A stretch of 5,454 nt of DNA from Candidatus Helarchaeota ASGARD archaeon Hel_GB_B (GTDB taxonomy: Archaea > Asgardarchaeota > Lokiarchaeia > Helarchaeales > HEL-GB-B). Shown one piece after another: positions 1 through 4,869 of the stretch. The position numbers and the translations under genes are program-made. Each line of letters begins with the position of its first letter. Position 1 is the first letter of the stretch. The stretch lies in NCBI GenBank assembly GCA_005191425.1, contig SUPR01000171.1, positions 1 through 5,454 of the forward strand, given 5' to 3'. The notes under the pieces were generated by a model. The model ran no database searches. It had not been told where the DNA came from and saw only the letters and a program-made list of their open reading frames with translations.

Positions 1-9
1 TTTATATTC

Positions 10-18
10 TTTTTTTTT
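10..18 (+). terminator. Oligo-T tract, possible archaeal terminator of an upstream + strand gene outside the window
   Basis: Run of 9 T at 10-18 in intergenic DNA. Archaeal intrinsic terminators are oligo-T tracts. The upstream gene is not visible. Confidence 0.2.
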
Positions 19-89
19 CAAAAATTTAAATTTGTGATAAAAAAAGATTTCTATTGGAAATGAATTTTTCCTAAAAATTTGTTATGTGT

Positions 90-115
90 TTATTATAAAA
101 AATTATTATAAAAAA
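90..115. repeat. Perfect 13-bp tandem direct repeat TTATTATAAAAAA x2
   Basis: 90-102 and 103-115 are identical. The repeat is entirely A/T. Confidence 0.6.
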
Positions 116-269
116 ATTTTTGCTTATTCATTTTCAAATCAATAATATGATCGATAAATAATCACAAAAACATAGATAAAAAGATATACAATTTAATTGG
201 GTAAACAATTCTCTAAAAGCTGTTTTACTGTTTAAAAATATAGAAATTTAATAAATTTTAATTAAACAA

Positions 270-596
270 TTAACTAGATGTTTTTTTACAAATTTTATTA
301 TATACATTTTGATTGAAATTTGGACTCACTAGATATATTTTTCCATATTTTTGATCATTTTTTATTATAAATGAAGCATCTTGTAATACTTTTAAATGAT
401 GTTTTATATTTCTATAAGACATTTGCAGTATTTCAGATATTTGGTGCGCATTATATGGTCTTGTTAATAATAAGTTCATTATTTTCTCTCTAGTATCTCC
501 ACCTTTCCTACCAAATACCCACCAATATGCGGAGTCATCTGAAAACCTTAATATATCTTCATTTTTCCTTATATTTTCATTATCAACATTTGTCAT
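270..596 (-). CDS. ArsR-like winged helix-turn-helix transcriptional regulator (archaeal type)
   Basis: 108-aa ORF. YWWVFGRKGGDTREKIMNLLLTRPYNAHQISEILQMSYRNIKHHLKVL...KYGKIYLVS follows the archaeal ArsR/wHTH pattern as I recall it (W..GGxxRxxI..L..RPxNAxQ[LI]..L..Y..I.HHLxVL....YG..Y..S). A weak SD-like AAGTGA lies just upstream on the - strand. Confidence 0.88.
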   Translation of the reverse strand: MTNVDNENIRKNEDILRFSDDSAYWWVFGRKGGDTREKIMNLLLTRPYNAHQISEILQMSYRNIKHHLKVLQDASFIIKNDQKYGKIYLVSPNFNQNVYNKICKKTSS

Positions 597-1034
597 TATA
601 TCACTTTTCTTGACTTATTAAAATAAAAAATCGTTATTAATTCAGAAAATAATTTATTATCATTTTTTAAAAACAATTTGGTAAATTATTGGTAATAACT
701 ATGGAAATGGAATTATTGAATAAGATAAATTGATAATAGATGAAATTATAGTGTAGGAATAAGATTTACTATAAATATCTGTTCCATAATGAATAGCAAA
801 TATTATAGGTGATAAGATAAAATACTTGTTTCAGAACAATTAATCAAAATTTCATAGGGGTTTTATATTTATCATTTTAAAAAATACTAATTAATATTAT
901 TTCAAGATAAAAAAGTATTTTAATAATTGTCATTTGTCAAGATCAATAGTAAAAATTAGAAATTATTTTAATTTATTTGGTAATAAATTAATAAATTAAT
1001 ATTTGAAGATAATTGATATTTTATTTTAAAATTA

Positions 1035-1042
1035 TTTAATAA
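1035..1042 (+). promoter_or_regulatory. Candidate TATA box for the MR-family gene
   Basis: TTTAATAA lies 22 nt before ATG 1065 and 34 nt before ATG 1077, compatible with a leaderless or short-leader transcript. Weak evidence in this base composition. Confidence 0.22.
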
Positions 1043-1064
1043 GATTTTGTTAAGATTAATATAA

Positions 1065-2153
1065 ATGGGAAAAAATATGAAAATAACAAATTTAGAAACG
1101 GCATGGTTTGAATGGCCTTTATCTATAAAAATTGGAGCAATGCCAAAATTTAAAGTAACTGGGTCAATAGTAAAGGTTTTTAGTGATAATAATAAAGTAG
1201 GTATTGCAGGGACGCATTTTGTCAATTCAGATAATGCATTAATCGCGCATATAGAAAGGTGGAAAAAATTTGTTGTGAATCAAAATCCTTTTGAAGTCCA
1301 AAAAATTTGGAGAGATTTATATAATAATGTTAATCGGATTTTGTTGGGGATTTCACACGCAATTTCAGTCATTGATTGTGCCATATGGGATTTAATAGGA
1401 AAAGAAGTTAATAGACCAGTATATAAAATTCTTGGAGCATTTAGAAATAAAATACCAGCATATGCTTCACTTCCATGGTGGGTAAATCCAAGACAATTAG
1501 AAGCATATTTTAAAGGGATATTGGACCAAGGATTTAAAGGAGTCAAAGTACGAATTGGGAAAAATTTAGAGTGGGATATAAAAGTATTAGAAAAAGCTAG
1601 AGAACTAGGGGGAAAAAATTTTCATATCATGGCAGATGTAAATTCGGGATATAATTTTAGAAAAGCATTAAAGATTGCAAGAGTCTGCGAAAGACTAGAT
1701 TTAGATTGGCTTGAAGAACCAATTCCAAGTGATAATTTAGACAACTTAATGGAATTACGAAAAAAAGTAGATATTCCAATTGCAGGTGGTGAAAATGATG
1801 CATTTATTTGGAGATTTAGAGAGATATTAGAAAAAAGAGCATATGATATTATTCAGCCAGATGTTACAAGGTCTGGTGGTATTACAGAAGTTAAAAAAAT
1901 TGCATCGTTAGCCGAATCTTTTGGTATAGAGTGTATTCCACATATTTTTGGCTTTGGGCCAATACAATACGCTAATCTACAACTTATTGGTACACTCCCT
2001 AATTGTCGTTGGATGGAATATAGCTATATTCCCGCTGAATTTTTAATGACAGATAAAATTGAAATTGATAAAGAAGGAAATGCAATTTTGCCTTCAAATC
2101 CGGGTCTAGGATTTAATTTTAATGAAGAAATTCTAAACAAGTATAAAAAATAA
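1065..2153 (+). CDS. Enolase superfamily, mandelate racemase/muconate lactonizing enzyme family (MR subgroup); probable acid-sugar dehydratase, substrate unknown. Start may be ATG 1077 (MKITNLE).
   Basis: N-terminal capping-domain signature SVIDCAIWDLIGKEVNRPVYKILG. Metal ligands D191 (MADVN), E217 (WLEEP) and E243 (AGGEN). His-Asp dyad D266 (IIQPD)/H293 (CIPH), E318 (WMEY), K161-x-R163 on strand 2, and C-terminal PxxPGLG. Confidence 0.93.
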   Translation: MGKNMKITNLETAWFEWPLSIKIGAMPKFKVTGSIVKVFSDNNKVGIAGTHFVNSDNALIAHIERWKKFVVNQNPFEVQKIWRDLYNNVNRILLGISHAISVIDCAIWDLIGKEVNRPVYKILGAFRNKIPAYASLPWWVNPRQLEAYFKGILDQGFKGVKVRIGKNLEWDIKVLEKARELGGKNFHIMADVNSGYNFRKALKIARVCERLDLDWLEEPIPSDNLDNLMELRKKVDIPIAGGENDAFIWRFREILEKRAYDIIQPDVTRSGGITEVKKIASLAESFGIECIPHIFGFGPIQYANLQLIGTLPNCRWMEYSYIPAEFLMTDKIEIDKEGNAILPSNPGLGFNFNEEILNKYKK

Positions 2154-2180
2154 TAAAAATAATAAGAATTTCTATCTCCT

Positions 2181-2231
2181 CAATTTTTATTATTAAAGAT
2201 TTTCATTAATTAATTAATTTTTAGATTTTTT
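2181..2231 (+). terminator. T-tract region downstream of the MR-family gene, possible terminator
   Basis: Several T5-T6 tracts (aatttttat, gatttttc, aatttttag, gattttttat) lie within 30-80 nt of the stop at 2153. Confidence 0.25.
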
Positions 2232-2244
2232 ATTGATATTAATT

Positions 2245-2258
2245 GAAAAATTTATATG
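2245..2258 (+). promoter_or_regulatory. Candidate archaeal BRE-TATA promoter for the repeat-protein gene
   Basis: GAAAAA (2245-2250) is immediately followed by TTTATATG (2251-2258), matching BRE plus TTTA[AT]ATA-like TATA. It would imply a leader of roughly 130 nt. The very AT-rich background limits confidence. Confidence 0.3.
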
Positions 2259-2405
2259 TTAATTGTAAAGAATAATGAAATGTCAAATAAAGTAATATAT
2301 TTTAATTTGATATTTACAAACAATTTTTTAATCTGGTTTTACTAAATTAATTATCAAAAAACTAGGAATAATTATTAATAAGAGAAAAACACACAAATAA
2401 TTCTG

Positions 2406-3920
2406 GTGTTCATTTATATGTTTGAAGATGACGACTTTGAAATGCGTATGAAAAATGAAATTGCACCCGTTATTTCACATCATTTAGGAATTTCATTAGA
2501 ATTATTAAAGAGTTTTCCAGTAGAAATACTAAATAGAATATTAACTTCAATAAATATAGTACCAGATGACACTCTTAAACGAATTGTAATCATAAATGCA
2601 AATCATCCCGAGAAAATACCTGATTTAATTGATGAACATTTAGGAATTGGGACATATAATAATGTACAAAATGTTCCTGTATATGATGAAAGTTTGGACT
2701 TAAAAGCTGGTATTCTGGCGATAGTCCCTGAAGATGTACGAGACAAAGTAGAAAGTAAAATAGATGAAATAACTGATAAAGAAAAATTAATAGATCTGAG
2801 TCAAAAACCATTAAATGAACTTTTAGCGGATCTGGGTATTGAAGAAAAAGTGGAAGTCCCTGAAATTGAGGAATATGACGAAAAAAGAGATGTTATTGCA
2901 GGAATTCTTGCAATGGTGCCCGATGAAAATTTGAAAGATGAAATTGAAGAGAAATTAAATGAAGTTGAAGATGTTAATACATTAATCAAATATGCTACTA
3001 TGGAATATAATGATTTTCTCAGGGAGCTGGGAATTGAAAATGAACAGGAATCAATTGGAATGCCATTTGAAAGTGAGATACCAGGTACTTCTGTAGAATC
3101 CATGTATTCATTTCAATCGCCATTTACTAACCGACCTACAGATATAAATGATGATATAAAAGCTGGAATTCTAGCCAGACTACCACCCTCTATAAGAGAT
3201 TTTATTCAAGATAAAATAATGGCTATTAATAATACAGAGACTTTAATAAAATTAAGTAATATGAATTATCTTCAAATTCAAAATGAATTAGGACTCCCAG
3301 TTACAGCACCCGCTCTTGCCCCACCGTCTGTAATAAATCCAATTGATACAGCAGCAAGGAGAGAACAACAAATCGAAACTTCAAATGCAAGCCAATCATC
3401 TCAGTCCCAACCAGACCAACACTTAGATGAACAAACTCAAGAACGATTAAAACAAAGAAATGAAGAAATAGAAAAATACTCTGAAATCATAATTAAAATA
3501 GTCGAAAAAGTTTGTGGTAAGGAACCTCCAAAAAATTTTGAAGAAAAAAAGAAGATATTGAAGAGAATATATCCATCCCGGTTAAAACGCCTTGTTGAAA
3601 TTTTTAAAGCACAAAAAAATAAGAAACGAATATTACTAATGTTTGATTGGTTTGTTATATCGCAGCGTATCGAGGAAATAGAAACTTATGTAGAGCATTG
3701 GCAAGGAGTTAGCGCTGGCATAGGTGGTTATAGGGCAGCAATTAATGTTAGTAGATATGACACTATTATAGAACATTTAAAAGAAAATGAACTAAAACAA
3801 ATTATAAATACATCTTTAAAGGCATTAAATAAAATTCATGACCCAAATATTCAAGTTAGAGCTGTAGGAGTTGAGGAAATTAAATTAGTTGCCAATATCT
3901 TATTACATAAAGTTCGGTGA
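2406..3920 (+). CDS. Hypothetical modular protein (~500 aa): three 48-49-aa repeats, Pro/Gln/Ser linker, basic C-terminal domain. Probable true start is ATG 2418.
   Basis: Long uninterrupted ORF in stop-rich AT DNA with internal amino-acid repeats. GGTG at 2405-2408 sits 9 nt upstream of ATG 2418 and looks like an archaeal SD, so the GTG at 2406 is probably the RBS rather than the start. Confidence 0.9.
   Translation: MFIYMFEDDDFEMRMKNEIAPVISHHLGISLELLKSFPVEILNRILTSINIVPDDTLKRIVIINANHPEKIPDLIDEHLGIGTYNNVQNVPVYDESLDLKAGILAIVPEDVRDKVESKIDEITDKEKLIDLSQKPLNELLADLGIEEKVEVPEIEEYDEKRDVIAGILAMVPDENLKDEIEEKLNEVEDVNTLIKYATMEYNDFLRELGIENEQESIGMPFESEIPGTSVESMYSFQSPFTNRPTDINDDIKAGILARLPPSIRDFIQDKIMAINNTETLIKLSNMNYLQIQNELGLPVTAPALAPPSVINPIDTAARREQQIETSNASQSSQSQPDQHLDEQTQERLKQRNEEIEKYSEIIIKIVEKVCGKEPPKNFEEKKKILKRIYPSRLKRLVEIFKAQKNKKRILLMFDWFVISQRIEEIETYVEHWQGVSAGIGGYRAAINVSRYDTIIEHLKENELKQIINTSLKALNKIHDPNIQVRAVGVEEIKLVANILLHKVR
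2697..3296 (+). repeat. Three intragenic protein repeats (2697-2840, 2889-3035, 3153-3296)
   Basis: R1 DLKAGILAIVPE-DVRDKVESKIDEITDKEKLIDLSQKPLNELLADLGI; R2 DVIAGILAMVPDENLKDEIEEKLNEVEDVNTLIKYATMEYNDFLRELGI; R3 DIKAGILARLPP-SIRDFIQDKIMAINNTETLIKLSNMNYLQIQNELGL. They align with a single one-residue gap. Confidence 0.93.
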
Positions 3921-4068
3921 TAACTTAATAACTTTTTATAATAATTTATTTTCTATTAATAATTAATATTATTTTAAATAGATACAAAATTTAATAAATA
4001 AAAATTCAGTAATTGATTTCAGAAAATAATAGTTTTTTCATCATAGTATCAAAATATGGAAGATAATT

Positions 4069-4860
4069 ATGGTAAAATTTAAGACAATCGATGATTTATT
4101 AAACTCCGATTTTGTTATATTAGAAAAGCTGGAAAAATTACTTAAAATTGCAGATAAAAACCCTGAAAACATGAATAAAGAACAGATGGTGGAGATACTC
4201 TTATATGATACAGTTCTAGGACTTGATGAAATATTAAATATATTGTTTACAGAATTTGAACTGAGGGAAATCTGGAAATATATTGAACCAAGAAGTAATA
4301 ATTTTAATTATAAAAAGTCAAATATTATTGGTATTTTAATCAAAATTCTACCGACTAAAGGACAACGAAAAATAGAAACAGTGATTGAAGAAGCCATTGA
4401 TGAAGATATGATTTTTAGACCGTTAATTTATTATTTATTCATCATGATGCCTGATGGGAGGGCAGTATTTACCTTCAATTTCAGACCTATCGAAATTGGT
4501 GATCTAACTATGTTTACAAGTGCCCTTAATGGAATTTCAATTTTGTTGGAAGAATTAACTAAAAGAGATAGGATTGAAAATATAGAGTTAAGTACTAAAG
4601 AGCAAAAAGACACAGAACTGGAATTAATGTTTGAATATGGTGAATTAGAATTAAATTATTCTTTAAATAAGAATTTAATCGGTATTTTAATTGTGAATAA
4701 AGAAACCGAGAAAATTAGGCAAGCTTTAAAAGATTTTATTTCTGAATTTGAAAAAAAATATGGAAATCATTTTTTACCTGAATGGAATGGGCGAATCTCA
4801 GATTTTTATTCAGCTAAGCATCTGGTCTATAAGATTTTTTCGAATTATTTGGAATTTTAA
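4069..4860 (+). CDS. Protein with a C-terminal longin-like domain and N-terminal helical (HeH/SAP-like) units
   Basis: aa 118-259 show the beta-beta-alpha-beta-beta-beta-alpha-alpha longin order: IYYLFIMMPDGRAVFTFNF, then helix DLTMFTSALNGISILLEEL, strands IENIEL / LELMFEYG / LIGILIV, then IRQALKDFISEFEKKY and WNGRISDF..AKHLVYKIF. This pattern is typical of Asgard longin-like proteins as I recall them. Confidence 0.75.
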   Translation: MVKFKTIDDLLNSDFVILEKLEKLLKIADKNPENMNKEQMVEILLYDTVLGLDEILNILFTEFELREIWKYIEPRSNNFNYKKSNIIGILIKILPTKGQRKIETVIEEAIDEDMIFRPLIYYLFIMMPDGRAVFTFNFRPIEIGDLTMFTSALNGISILLEELTKRDRIENIELSTKEQKDTELELMFEYGELELNYSLNKNLIGILIVNKETEKIRQALKDFISEFEKKYGNHFLPEWNGRISDFYSAKHLVYKIFSNYLEF

Positions 4861-4869
4861 TAGAAATAA

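Noticed and set aside
701-733. Mini-ORF MEMELLNKIN followed by TGA-TAA-TAG in the divergent intergenic region
   Set aside because: Only 10 codons, no clear RBS, and stacked stops are common in AT-rich DNA.
968-1225. 85-aa - strand ORF
   Set aside because: Antisense shadow of the MR-family gene and its upstream AT tract. The composition is I/L/N/K-biased with no motif.
1280-1546. 88-aa - strand ORF
   Set aside because: Lies wholly antisense to a well-supported enolase-superfamily CDS and has no recognisable domain.
2206-2219. ATTAATTAATTAAT palindrome and similar A/T-only inverted repeats in intergenic DNA
   Set aside because: Low-complexity and expected at this composition. There is no stable GC stem.
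2590-2811. 73-aa - strand ORF
   Set aside because: The F/L/H/Q-rich sequence is the expected mirror of Glu/Asp/Lys codons on the + strand.
2801-3103. 100-aa Ser-rich - strand ORF
   Set aside because: Ser/Phe/Ile richness is the reverse complement of GAA/GAT-rich acidic repeats, so this is a shadow ORF.
3297-3311. PVTAP as an ESCRT-I-binding P[TS]AP late-domain motif
   Set aside because: Does not match P[TS]AP exactly because of the intervening Val. It is more simply part of a Pro/Ala linker.
4056-4082. Overlapping mini-ORF MEDNYGKI across the start of the longin-like gene
   Set aside because: Only 8 codons. Such ORFs are expected by chance and there is no evidence of translation.
4431-4613. 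60-aa - strand ORF
   Set aside because: Antisense to the longin-like domain, with no independent support.
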